Part shown: positions 46,503-56,061 of the stretch, in pieces | How positions within the stretch are numbered: the stretch's first letter is position 1 | Layout: each line of letters begins with the position of its first letter | IMG/VR virus record: IMGVR_UViG_3300037420_002493 | Span: 10,055-74,054 of that record | Source of the DNA: a virus | Taxonomy: Duplodnaviria; Caudoviricetes | Direction: 5' to 3' (one strand) | Length of the DNA stretch: 64,000 bases | Made by a program: the position numbers and the translations under genes | The notes under the pieces: generated by a model | Told to the model about the DNA's origin: nothing | The model's database searches: none | Seen by the model: the letters and a program-made list of their open reading frames with translations, nothing else

Positions 46503-47728
46503 GACGCTATCTCTGTATGGTTTTCTTTCTGAGCTTTTTCTGCGGCTCTCATGGAAACTACGCGAAGGAAGCGAGCGCGTTCATCTTGGTTCGCACGATC
46601 GCCAGCGCTTTGAGGCTGAAAGGCTGATTGAGGTAATTGAGACTGGATTTCTTCACGTCGGCATTCGTCCAGCCAAACAGCATCTTCTAAAAATTTTTTA
46701 GCCCCATACATTGCCGCTCTACCTGTCCGAGCTTTGTCTTCCGCGCACTTCTTCAGGTAAAGCTCGGTTCCTCTCATGAGTTCAGGAACGCGATCAGACA
46801 GGTTTAGTCGTTGAAACGTCGATCGGGCAATATACTCTGGACCCGCACGACCATCTAGAGCCAAACTTCCAGTATCAAAAACATTCCACCAAGCCTTGAA
46901 CGGATCGGATGAGCCTAAGCGCATTCGATCTTCAAAATCCCGTGTTGGGTTATAAGCCTGCAAAGAATTATTTTCTTCTCGTGAAACTTTTTCGCGGCGC
47001 GTCGGAATACTTGTCTCACTAAGAATCTCCCCGTCATAAACGACAGCCTCTTTGTTTTTTTGACAAGGAACAGGAGTGATTGATTCTCTGGTCTTCGGTC
47101 TTGAAAATTCTTTTGATTTTTCTTCTTGAGGGGTGGGGGAGTCTTCTCTCTCTGTAGAAGTCTCTGGAGTAATTTCTGTATATAGATCAATCTCGATTTC
47201 TCGGTTGTCGCTTGCGGTTTTCCCGTCGTCGCTTGCGGTTTCTCGCTCCTCCTTGACCGATTTTCCGCTATTGCTTAAATTCAAGCTTTCCTTGTGCTTT
47301 TCAAGCCAACACCGCACATTGTCTTCCTCAAGAAGAAAGTACCGAGTTTGGTCAAATTTGTAGCGATCGTTTGGATTCTTGTGAACAGAGATAAATCGCT
47401 TTTCGACAAGCAGTTTGATAGAGGATCTAATTTTGTCCTTTTTGTAAATGCCAAGAATTCCCCTTTGTAATTCGGCTTCGCTGTGAAACTGAAGCAAAGA
47501 TGTGTCTTGAGTGGGTTCATCCCCGTGAGCCTGAGCAACTTTGTTAAGATGTCTCGCTTTAGAAGATTGATCAATTTTAATGCTGTGCCAGTATTCAAAA
47601 AAACTGAGCAGCATTGCGGCGCAAGGATTATTGTCACAGGCTATAACTTGCCATTCACGAACAAGAATGAGTGGCTGTTTCGCGGGGTGGTCAAAACAGA
47701 AATTCATTTCAGCGTCCCCCTTCTGCAA
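46499..47728 (-). CDS. Phage replication initiator (wHTH N-term)
   Basis: CAAMLLSFFEYW..SSIKLLVEKRFI..DQTRYF; low-complexity linker; position. Confidence 0.65.
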   Translation of the reverse strand: MQKGDAEMNFCFDHPAKQPLILVREWQVIACDNNPCAAMLLSFFEYWHSIKIDQSSKARHLNKVAQAHGDEPTQDTSLLQFHSEAELQRGILGIYKKDKIRSSIKLLVEKRFISVHKNPNDRYKFDQTRYFLLEEDNVRCWLEKHKESLNLSNSGKSVKEERETASDDGKTASDNREIEIDLYTEITPETSTEREDSPTPQEEKSKEFSRPKTRESITPVPCQKNKEAVVYDGEILSETSIPTRREKVSREENNSLQAYNPTRDFEDRMRLGSSDPFKAWWNVFDTGSLALDGRAGPEYIARSTFQRLNLSDRVPELMRGTELYLKKCAEDKARTGRAAMYGAKKFLEDAVWLDECRREEIQSQLPQSAFQPQSAGDRANQDERARFLRVVSMRAAEKAQKENHTEIAS

Positions 47729-47950
47729 TCAGTTCGCTTATCTTGTCTGTCAACTTGTAAAAAGCTTTAGAAATTAAGCGATGGTACTCGCAATGACAGT
47801 TAGGGCGAATCACATTGCCTGTGATATTTATTTGTCCTAGCGCTAAAACGCTGGAAGTCGGGTCTGAGTAGCCTTTCAATGTGTTACACTCCAGTTAGTT
47901 GATTGATTGTCGCAAGGCATCATTTAGTGGCGAACTGAAGATATTTTTGG

Positions 47951-47977
47951 AAGCGGACTGTTTGCAGCGGTCCGCTT
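47951..47977. terminator. Hairpin
   Basis: AAGCGGAC-11-GTCCGCTT. Confidence 0.4.
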
Positions 47978-48081
47978 CTGCTTTTAAAGAATCTCATCGA
48001 TAAAAGATCTGGGATTCATCATTTATCGATTAAATAAACCTAAACTATTTTGTGCGGAAACGATCGTTAAGAGTTTGAAAA

Positions 48082-48127
48082 TTCCGCTGAAGCGGAACCT
48101 AAATTTAAAAGTTCCGCTTGACCGGAA
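48082..48127. promoter_or_regulatory. Operator pair TTCCGCT-NN-AGCGGAA
   Basis: Perfect copy 48082-48097; near-perfect copy 48112-48127. Confidence 0.65.
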
Positions 48128-48128
48128 T

Positions 48129-48392
48129 CTAAATACTGCCTGCACGCTGCAGTAGTGGAATGAGTTCTGGAGCTGTTTCAACGATCGCGGCAATATCACG
48201 ATCGACAAAACTCTTTCCTGCAATCAGGCACTCGTCCACCGAAGCAAACCGACGGCTTAAAGGTGTGTCTCCAATTTCGTCCCCGAACGGATTGAGGACA
48301 GTTGCTTCAAAATGCTCAGAATGCTCAACGGGCACAATCAAGTAGCCGCGCCATTTCTGGGAAAATTGATAACGATAAATTCCATCCATCAT
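48129..48392 (-). CDS. Hypothetical protein, paralog of 14515-14784
   Basis: WRGYLIVP..VLNPFGDEIGDT..APELI. Confidence 0.6.
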   Translation of the reverse strand: MMDGIYRYQFSQKWRGYLIVPVEHSEHFEATVLNPFGDEIGDTPLSRRFASVDECLIAGKSFVDRDIAAIVETAPELIPLLQRAGSI

Positions 48393-48634
48393 TGTGCCTC
48401 TAGTTCTGATTCGTGGGCGGTGTCCTCAAAAGACGGTTCGCAATTGGCATCAAATTCAATGAAGTAGGTGAACCCTGGAAGCCGCCAGAATGAACCATTT
48501 GAGCGACGAGTATAAAAAATTCCGTAGATGATGCCGGACTCACCCTGAGTTGTTGTAACGCGCTGGTCTAAGCCGAATTGGGGGTTAGGGAATGATAAAT
48601 TATTAACCATGTTCAATCCTCTCCAGAGGGGCAA
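48389..48634 (-). CDS. SH3/KOW-like protein, paralog of 14313-14522
   Basis: PQFGLDQRV..PGFTYFIEFD..FEDTAHESEL. Confidence 0.6.
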   Translation of the reverse strand: MPLWRGLNMVNNLSFPNPQFGLDQRVTTTQGESGIIYGIFYTRRSNGSFWRLPGFTYFIEFDANCEPSFEDTAHESELEAQ

Positions 48635-48954
48635 GTGGACAGAGGGGGCGATTCGCGTGGCTTTGGTAGGTTAGCGATCGTCCCTTTGAAATTGAAATCG
48701 GTCACGTCTGACCGATTTGGTGAAGTTTTTCCCTAAAAATTTGGTTTTGGTAGCCACAAATGCGCTTGCTACGTTTCATGCTTGTTGCTTCTCGAAAGAG
48801 GGGTGATTTTTATTTGTACATCCCTAAGATGTGGGTTCTTTAGGTCAATCTACTCTTCACGTAGATTTTTGTCAAACTCACAAGTAGATTAATAGTATTG
48901 ACACGTCAATTTACTACGCTAGACTTTGAGAAGTACACTTTAAGAGACGAGTAT

Positions 48955-49218
48955 ATGGAAGAAATCAAGGTGATCCACTGGAAGTTAAACGAGGTGATGG
49001 CACGAAAACGTGTCCGAAATAAAGAATTGGCGACGGCTCTAGGAATCTCGGAGAACTCTGTCTATAGACTCCGCAAAACGGATGAAATGCCACGTTTAAC
49101 CCCAGACAGGCTGAATGGAATTTGCACGGCGTTAAGTTGTCAGCCTGGTGAACTTCTGCAATGGGAGCCTGACAGCGAAAAGGATCGCAAGGTGATTCCG
49201 ATCGTGGAGGCAAGTTAG
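48955..49218 (+). CDS. XRE (YozG-like) HTH regulator
   Basis: WKLNEVMARKRVRNKELATALGIS..ICTALSCQPGELL. Confidence 0.9.
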   Translation: MEEIKVIHWKLNEVMARKRVRNKELATALGISENSVYRLRKTDEMPRLTPDRLNGICTALSCQPGELLQWEPDSEKDRKVIPIVEAS

Positions 49219-49322
49219 CGCTGGGAATATGAACACCTTGAAAGTCAAGCCCTTCACGATTCTGGAGGGCTATTATTTTGCTCGTTTTTCTACGCGAGAC
49301 TTGGAAAAATCTACTTGAGGTA

Positions 49323-49352
49323 TTGACATTTGTTCTACGTCTGGCGTAGATT
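49323..49352 (+). promoter_or_regulatory. Promoter with TCTAC-N7-GTAGA operator (second copy 48849-48865)
   Basis: TTGACA-18-TAGATT. Confidence 0.6.
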
Positions 49353-49410
49353 AGATGCATGAGAGCAAACACACCTCAACGCTCTCCCAAGTATTTAAGG
49401 AGTCTTTCAA

Positions 49411-49938
49411 ATGCTGAATATCGCAAACCTTGCTACTGCTTCTCTGGCTCAACTCAAGTCCTTCGCCTCTGAGCACGGGATCAACCCCGTGGGTGACAAG
49501 CGCCTACTGACCACATGGCGCGATGCAGTTCAAGACTTCTTTGCTGCTACCGCTAAGGAAGCCGTTTCTCTCACGCAGGAGACGATCGAGGGTGCGATTG
49601 AATGCGCCCGTGAAGTCGTCACCCATGACAACACGGTGGTTGCTGCAAATGCCGCCTATACCTGGACACGCAAGGCAGTCAAGTTCACCGTCAAAGCGGC
49701 ATGGTCATCAATTCTGGTGGGTATCGCTCTCATCTGCATTGCCGTAGACCTTTGGCAAACCCGATCGGAAGTGAAGGAAGTTTTGATAACTGTCTACCGA
49801 CGCCAAGTGTCACGGATGCAGGACAGATGGTGCATCTGGCGAGAAATGGGCGACGCGGTAATTCAGGTGCACGTCACCGAAAGAATTGTCGACTACCGTG
49901 AGCGGCTCCAAGCCATGGCTCGCGCTGCTGCCAAGTAA
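49411..49938 (+). CDS. SAP/HeH-like plus TM protein, paralog of 21059
   Basis: LATASLAQLKSFASEHGINPVGDKR; both end AMARAA. Confidence 0.65.
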   Translation: MLNIANLATASLAQLKSFASEHGINPVGDKRLLTTWRDAVQDFFAATAKEAVSLTQETIEGAIECAREVVTHDNTVVAANAAYTWTRKAVKFTVKAAWSSILVGIALICIAVDLWQTRSEVKEVLITVYRRQVSRMQDRWCIWREMGDAVIQVHVTERIVDYRERLQAMARAAAK

Positions 49939-50233
49939 GTTTTCGGGCTGAAGCCTACAGCCCCAAGTGAAGGCAGATACGACAAAGCGATCGCCACTCT
50001 TTGGACGGATAAGCGATCGCCCCGCAAACCCTAGTTAAAGGTTCTCCCATCATGGTATCTCAATCTCTCAATCTCAAAGCTGCTCACATCAAAGCCGGTC
50101 TAGACAAACGCGATCTTCAGTACCTTGGCAACGCCACCGTCCCCACCAGCCGCCCAGCCACCTATCGAGGACGGACGATCGACTAGAGATGATGCGGGCA
50201 TCTCGCCCGCTCCTCAGTCATCGGCATTCAGCC

Positions 50234-50452
50234 ATGATCAGCACTATTTCCCCGATCGTCCACGCTGACGAGCTTATTGAAGGAATCGTCATTCAGCATC
50301 TTGGCGAAACCTGGAAAGTCTACAGCGCTCCCGTGTACACCGATCGCGGCATCGAGTTCGACGTTTTGCCGCTTTCCTCGAATAGTCCTACTCGAACAGT
50401 TCAGTTTGATCCGCAATGGCGCTTCACCCGCGTCCCAAATCGGTCACGCTGA
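50234..50452 (+). CDS. Hypothetical protein
   Basis: Ends inside a palindrome copy. Confidence 0.45.
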   Translation: MISTISPIVHADELIEGIVIQHLGETWKVYSAPVYTDRGIEFDVLPLSSNSPTRTVQFDPQWRFTRVPNRSR

Positions 50453-50545
50453 CCGATTTCACTTTACTAAATCAAACGGGCAACTGCTTCCGACTCGCAA
50501 TCTTGACAGTTGCCCCAACCCCCGAACTTTAAAGGAGTTGTTATT

Positions 50546-50770
50546 ATGCTACGACACATTATTTCTGCTGCTTCTGTTCCCACGATCGTTGCTACTTCTG
50601 CCCTACTCCCCTCCGTTGCTCATGCCCACGGGACTTTCAAGGAGTGTATCGACGAAGCTGGGCGCATCTACGCGCAGAATATCAAGAATGGAACGCCCCG
50701 TGATGCGGCGGCTGCACTGTTTGCTTCGGACATAGCAGGCTGTGAGGCAGAATTCAAAGCCAAACGCTAA
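50546..50770 (+). CDS. Small secreted protein
   Basis: Signal-like N-term ..VAHA; AAGGAG RBS. Confidence 0.55.
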   Translation: MLRHIISAASVPTIVATSALLPSVAHAHGTFKECIDEAGRIYAQNIKNGTPRDAAAALFASDIAGCEAEFKAKR

Positions 50771-50843
50771 TATCCCTCGATCGTGTCGTGTGTTTCCTGT
50801 TCCTAATCCACAAATCAGGAGCAATATTAATCTGGAGTCGATC

Positions 50844-51218
50844 ATGAACAACGAAGATCTTAAAAAACTGAAGCAAGACTGGTACAGCGAAGCGTCCAGC
50901 AATGGCACGATCGCAATGCTTTGGAAGATTGCGAAGGAACTTGGAACGAGTCTGAATGCCAAGTGCCCTCCCAAGTGGCAATGGACGCAAGGCAATATAA
51001 AGATTTACGCCGATGGCTATGGCAACTATCTAACCGTTCACGTAGCTGGGAAAGAGGTTGTCTCGACTCACGAAACCGAGCGCTTGTTTGTTCCGGGCGA
51101 CTGGTTGAAGGAGATTCAACCGTTTGTCTCAGAGGCTGAGTCTCACGCCTTAGAGCAGCGTCGAATCCGGTATCAATCCGAACGCCAAAAATTATTGGAA
51201 GAACTTGGGTTGATTTAA
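50844..51218 (+). CDS. Hypothetical protein
   Basis: GGAG upstream. Confidence 0.55.
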   Translation: MNNEDLKKLKQDWYSEASSNGTIAMLWKIAKELGTSLNAKCPPKWQWTQGNIKIYADGYGNYLTVHVAGKEVVSTHETERLFVPGDWLKEIQPFVSEAESHALEQRRIRYQSERQKLLEELGLI

Positions 51219-51264
51219 CGATCGTGTCGTGTGTTCCCTGCCCCTCTAAAACCCTATAGCTACC

Positions 51265-51459
51265 ATGCTGACAATCAACGATATCCAGAACGCCATCTAC
51301 CAAGAAGGCTCGATCGCGTTCCTAAACAAAGTTCATGATGCTCTCACTCAAATTGGCAAGCATGACCCCTTCTCTGCACATCTGGCAGAACAGATGCAAG
51401 AGGTGATTCTCTGGCAAGAAGATTTTTCTCAATTTCAAGACGCTGATCTTGTTGCTTAA
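51265..51459 (+). CDS. Hypothetical protein
   Basis: 64 aa. Confidence 0.5.
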   Translation: MLTINDIQNAIYQEGSIAFLNKVHDALTQIGKHDPFSAHLAEQMQEVILWQEDFSQFQDADLVA

Positions 51460-51470
51460 ATCGGTCAGCT

Positions 51471-51875
51471 ATGACCGATTTGCTGAACCATATTAAGTTG
51501 CTCCTAAAAATGCTGAAATTATCCGAATATCCCAGCGCGATCGCTGACGCTTCAATGGCTGTAAACGATGCTGACGCTCAAATCACAAAACTCAGACGAC
51601 TTATTGTTCAGGCGGAAAATGCGGCGGATGTCGAAGTTGCCTATGCTTTAGATCTGAAAAATGATAATCAGCGCAAAGCTAGACGATTGGAGATTCTCAA
51701 CTCTGATTTGTCTTATCTCGCCACCCTGCAATCGTTAGATGAGGGTGTTGCCGAGAAGTCGAAGAAAATGGCAGAACTTGAACGGCTTCGGAATGAATTT
51801 TCTGTAATCAAATTAGAAACTCGATTGGCGATCGCTCAAATTGGTGTGGAAGCTCGCGAGTTAGCTGGGCTGTAG
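51471..51875 (+). CDS. Coiled-coil hypothetical protein
   Basis: ATG lies within a palindrome copy. Confidence 0.5.
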   Translation: MTDLLNHIKLLLKMLKLSEYPSAIADASMAVNDADAQITKLRRLIVQAENAADVEVAYALDLKNDNQRKARRLEILNSDLSYLATLQSLDEGVAEKSKKMAELERLRNEFSVIKLETRLAIAQIGVEARELAGL

Positions 51876-51940
51876 TTGGCGATCGTGTCGTGCGTTCCCT
51901 GTTTTTAACCACTTTCAAGAATGTATTTCGGGGGCTGATT

Positions 51941-52678
51941 ATGTCAAAAGGATTCCAAAGCGATGCTGACGAAACCAAGATTCAAATCGGAGTTAAACGT
52001 CTTTTACCCTCTGCCAAGCGCAGAGATATTCATGCTTTCGCGGATGGGGTAAGGCAGCTTCAGCAACGCTATGGTCATGATGTCGCAGATGAGTCAATGC
52101 GCCGAGTAATGGAAAGCCATCCAGACATTGCAGACGGGATCATTGATGTAATGCCGGATGACATTCAGAGAGAGTTCCACGCGAAGTCGATCGAGATAAT
52201 GGTTGATGTAATTGAAGAAGCAGGTTTGAAGATCGAAGAAAATATCAGGGTTTCCGATGAAGGAATTGGATTGACAAAAGCAGCAGTGAAAGCGATCGCT
52301 GCAACTGGATATCCTCAAATCAAAAAGTTCGGAGAAGGAAATGAGACTCTGGAAGGTATGGGGCTGAAGCGGCTAGGAGGCTTTATGCACCCCTTGTCAG
52401 AAACTCATAACGCAAAAGAGCTAGGGCTACCAGAAGATGGCATGAATATGTGGGCAGTCGCCAGCATTATTGTCTCTGGCGCGTTTGGATGGATTGAGGC
52501 AAGCGTAGAGAAGTGTGAGGGGGCTTTAAAGGAGGCGGTCTTAGTCGCCGCTCCTACAACAGACGTTGCGACGCTAATGAAGCGTTCTCGGTATGACGAT
52601 CGGGCGCTTCTGCGGCTCTGCAACCTGGTTCAGTCTGGGATGGACGCAAAAGCTAGAGCAGTGTTTGAAAGCCGTTAA
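51941..52678 (+). CDS. Hypothetical protein
   Basis: 245 aa. Confidence 0.6.
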   Translation: MSKGFQSDADETKIQIGVKRLLPSAKRRDIHAFADGVRQLQQRYGHDVADESMRRVMESHPDIADGIIDVMPDDIQREFHAKSIEIMVDVIEEAGLKIEENIRVSDEGIGLTKAAVKAIAATGYPQIKKFGEGNETLEGMGLKRLGGFMHPLSETHNAKELGLPEDGMNMWAVASIIVSGAFGWIEASVEKCEGALKEAVLVAAPTTDVATLMKRSRYDDRALLRLCNLVQSGMDAKARAVFESR

Positions 52679-52745
52679 AACCGTCGTCACATATTCCCTA
52701 TTTTCACAATCGGTCAGCCATGACCCATTCTTTTGGAGAAATGCC

Positions 52746-53447
52746 ATGCCAACCGTAAAATCTGGCGATCGTATCACCCTTAAACCAGGGAGATTACCGT
52801 TAGCAAATCAAGTCCCCGAATGGGGGGACGATCGAGCCTTCAAACCGTTTGATGACGATCAGGTTTTCACCGTACTTGCGGTCAAAGGCTCCAAAGTTGA
52901 ACTCGAAGCATACGACCACTTCGAGACTCGTTCCTTCACTTGGTTCAAGAATGCGATCGCGAAGGTTCAGTCAGCCGATGCTAGCGAGTCTGTCAACACT
53001 GCTAGCAGTGAGCCTGCCAAGCCTTCCGTAGATGACGATTGGGACGCTCCTGATCCTATGCTTGTGAACGATCGAGAAGTTCAGCGAACCAGACGCACTA
53101 CATTATCGAGTGGTGTCACTGTTGAGTTGGACGATCGACAAAAGCCAGTCTGGTTTCCAAAAACACCAGAAGAGCTTCAAAAGGAGTCGGAGCCGAAACC
53201 GAAGACAATAAAATTCCCAGCTACCCAGGCAGAATTTGCTACAGGCATTGCGCCCTATAAAGGGTGTAGTTATTGGGTAGAAGGTCGTCATGCTAAGGGT
53301 AAAACTCCTGCCGAGTATTACTATTGCATCCAGCGAAACGGCACCGTCACAAAATCCGACGTACCGTATGACTCTGTTTACTATGCAGGCAGGTGGGCGC
53401 GAGAAGCGATCGATAAACTTGCCGACCTGGAGGGTGTCGCGTCATGA
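52746..53447 (+). CDS. Hypothetical protein
   Basis: GGAG upstream; coupled to HAD gene. Confidence 0.55.
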   Translation: MPTVKSGDRITLKPGRLPLANQVPEWGDDRAFKPFDDDQVFTVLAVKGSKVELEAYDHFETRSFTWFKNAIAKVQSADASESVNTASSEPAKPSVDDDWDAPDPMLVNDREVQRTRRTTLSSGVTVELDDRQKPVWFPKTPEELQKESEPKPKTIKFPATQAEFATGIAPYKGCSYWVEGRHAKGKTPAEYYYCIQRNGTVTKSDVPYDSVYYAGRWAREAIDKLADLEGVAS

Positions 53448-53986
53448 GGCTTTGTATTCTTGAGAAAGATGGCACGATCGTGGTTCCAAAATCTGGTCAT
53501 CAGTTTGTTCAATTTCCCAAAGATCAGATTCTGCTTCCAGGCGTGAAAGAGCGAATCGCCGAAATGAAAGCAGACGACTACACGTTCGTCGTCTGCTCAA
53601 ACCAAGGTGGGATTGCAGCGGGGCACAAGACGCTTGAAGACACGATCGAGGAGATGCGTTATTGCATGAGTCTACTGCCAGACGTTCACGAAGTTTTGTT
53701 TTGCCCTGATTTTGAAGGGGAACAGTGCTACCTCATGGAAACAGGCGACGTAATTGATCTGGCGCATCCCGATATCAATCACTCATTTCGCGGTTTGTTT
53801 CGCAAACCAAATCCAGGGATGCTGCAATATGCGATCGCTACCTGTTTTTGGAAGCCTTGGGACGCGCCTTTTTTTGATAAATGCCTAATGATTGGCGATC
53901 GTCCTGAAGATGAGCAGGCTGCTGAAGCGGCAAATATCTCATTCATGTGGGCAAACGATTGGAGAGGCAGCAATGGCAACCCCTGA
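53444..53986 (+). CDS. HAD-IIIA family phosphatase-like protein
   Basis: LEKDGT; CSNQGGI; RKPNPGM; MIGDRPEDEQAA. Confidence 0.85.
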   Translation: MRLCILEKDGTIVVPKSGHQFVQFPKDQILLPGVKERIAEMKADDYTFVVCSNQGGIAAGHKTLEDTIEEMRYCMSLLPDVHEVLFCPDFEGEQCYLMETGDVIDLAHPDINHSFRGLFRKPNPGMLQYAIATCFWKPWDAPFFDKCLMIGDRPEDEQAAEAANISFMWANDWRGSNGNP

Positions 53987-54800
53987 AGAACTTTTGCAAG
54001 CAATTCTGGATGAACTCCGAAGCTCGAAACAGCCGCTTGGCTTTGGTCATCCTCCGAAGCCGCGCTACATCTACGCCAATCGACAATACAGTGACAGCCT
54101 CTGGTACTTCTGGAATGGTGCAAAAAACGAGCATGAACCCATTGAGTTTCACGCCCTGACCGGAATCATTGAGAAGATTGAAATTGAAGAGAGAGAATTT
54201 CGAGGCAAGCCAGACCACAAGATAAACCTATTTGTTAGAGCAGATCGTGCCTACGTCATCCAGTCTGGCTGTGATACGCAGTTTGCCAAAGGATTAATCT
54301 ACACGCTGTCAAAACTGCCTGTTGAAGCCTTTCGTCAGCCTATTACCATTTCTGTCGAAGCAGGCGACACTGAACAGGTTTTGTTCTGCAAGATTTATAA
54401 TCCTGCCACAGGGCAAGCGGTGTTTGCTCCCTACGATGAGCGGGTCAATTGGAATGCCGTCACTCAAAAAGCTATTTCAAAGATTGCTGCGGCTCATGGC
54501 AAGCCTGAATCTAGTCCAGAGGTCACAGCACGTCCCATCTCTCAGCCCACACCTTTAGCCCCTCCCCTTCCGACTGGTGATTGGGAAGAAAAGCCGATCG
54601 ACCTATCAGATGTCATTGCCCAAATCGACACTGAAATTGACCGAATTGGATGGACCAAAAAACAGGGTAGCAACCACTTGCAGCAAGTTTACGGCAAGAA
54701 AACGCGCGCAGAGTTAATTGATTACGAGCTGCTTGAGTTTTTGGGCTATCTCCGATCTCTCCCTGCCGCAAGCCGAAAACAAAGCGTTTCAGTTGGGTGA
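53973..54800 (+). CDS. Conserved-looking cyanobacterial phage protein
   Basis: 275 aa; C-term helical KTRAEL..EFLGYL. Confidence 0.6.
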   Translation: MATPEELLQAILDELRSSKQPLGFGHPPKPRYIYANRQYSDSLWYFWNGAKNEHEPIEFHALTGIIEKIEIEEREFRGKPDHKINLFVRADRAYVIQSGCDTQFAKGLIYTLSKLPVEAFRQPITISVEAGDTEQVLFCKIYNPATGQAVFAPYDERVNWNAVTQKAISKIAAAHGKPESSPEVTARPISQPTPLAPPLPTGDWEEKPIDLSDVIAQIDTEIDRIGWTKKQGSNHLQQVYGKKTRAELIDYELLEFLGYLRSLPAASRKQSVSVG

Positions 54801-54820
54801 GGTTGGATTGACAATGGACA

Positions 54821-55075
54821 TTACGACGAAGACAAAATATCGAGATCAGCCACGTCTGCCCCATCCGCTAGTGCAAGATCTTCCATTGACACTCCATAAA
54901 GCTGTGTCAGTTTCACAGCCTGCCATATTTCCATGTAAAGAGGCTCTTCAGATGATTCCCATTCTTCGAGTGTTTCGGTTGAAATTTTGAGTGCATTAGC
55001 CACTTCAGCCAGAGACAAACCTGCACGATCGCGCAGTTGAGACAGGGTTGGATGATTTTCAGGACTCATAACCAT
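54821..55075 (-). CDS. XRE HTH regulator
   Basis: LSQLRDRAGLSLAEVANALKISTETLEEWE. Confidence 0.85.
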   Translation of the reverse strand: MVMSPENHPTLSQLRDRAGLSLAEVANALKISTETLEEWESSEEPLYMEIWQAVKLTQLYGVSMEDLALADGADVADLDILSSS

Positions 55076-55148
55076 TCTTTGAACGCTTGTACTACTTATA
55101 GATAATTCGTTCGTAGAAACAAATCACCCAATCAGGCGAAAAATTTCT

Positions 55149-55376
55149 TCAAATTTCGTCCGGATCAATCCGATCGAAGGCTTTGACCAGCTCATCCAGC
55201 GACGCCTGATAGAGTCGCATCAGAATCAGCGTTTCGGCAGGGCTTAATAGGGGACGTTTTACCCCACGTTCCCAGTCTGAAATTGTTTGTTCTCTTCGCC
55301 CGATCGCGGCTGCCACTTCTTTTTGAGTTAACCCTGCCCGTTTTCTAAGTTCAGCAGGAGATAGCCATCTTTCCAT
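55149..55376 (-). CDS. XRE HTH regulator
   Basis: LRKRAGLTQKEVAAAIGRREQTISDWERG. Confidence 0.9.
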   Translation of the reverse strand: MERWLSPAELRKRAGLTQKEVAAAIGRREQTISDWERGVKRPLLSPAETLILMRLYQASLDELVKAFDRIDPDEI

Positions 55377-55390
55377 ATACTTTAAACAGC

Positions 55391-55456
55391 TTCCGCTTGA
55401 GCGGAAGTTCATCGAGCATCCCCAAGGGTGCCCAAATAAACTCCGCTTGAGCGTAA
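55391..55456. promoter_or_regulatory. Operator pair TTCCGCT-NN-AGCGGAA
   Basis: Perfect copy 55391-55406; variant 55441-55456. Confidence 0.65.
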
Positions 55457-55704
55457 GTTAGTCCATAGACGACAACGGGTTCGCCGAATCACTCCCCAGT
55501 GCTGCGAACCCGTTGCTTATTGTGCCTGAAATCGCCTTTTTTCGTAGAGCGAACTAGCGCATTCCGCGAAATTACCTAGTTAACTAACCCAGTCTCCTTG
55601 GTGTATAAGTTTCACAGTAACTTCATATCAAGCGTGAAACGTATCCGTGTGATAGTCGCTACAGTAATAAGAGCCTTTTAAATCCTGAAGATCGTTGCCC
55701 CCGA

Positions 55705-56061
55705 ATGGACTTTTTACAATCTGATTTTGCGGCTGTTTTTCTACGATCGATTGTCCGCGAGCGTAAGCTAGTCACAGCCATTGACAGCATTTTGAATCAC
55801 CTAGAAGAGAATGGTGAACGCACCTTTTATCTGCGCTACAAACCTGGATGCAAAAGCATCATCGTTAAGAAACTGGCAAAAATTGCTCTAAAGCTCAACC
55901 AGCTTGGAACGTTCAGCACGATCGTGCTGAGTTGTAACGGCAAAACACAGACTTATCAAATAGATGCGTTAATAGCGCTCTGCCCTGGGATTTCGTCTTC
56001 GGTAGACGGACCTTACGACAAAGCGCTATTACGTGAAAAACCGCTTCAGTTTAGTGATTAA
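55705..56061 (+). CDS. Hypothetical protein
   Basis: 118 aa. Confidence 0.45.
   Translation: MDFLQSDFAAVFLRSIVRERKLVTAIDSILNHLEENGERTFYLRYKPGCKSIIVKKLAKIALKLNQLGTFSTIVLSCNGKTQTYQIDALIALCPGISSSVDGPYDKALLREKPLQFSD

Larger units (their letters stand above)
50778..51901 (+). repeat. Three intergenic ~22 nt direct repeats CGATCGTGTCGTGYGTTYCCTG
   Basis: At 50778, 51219 and 51880. Confidence 0.85.
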
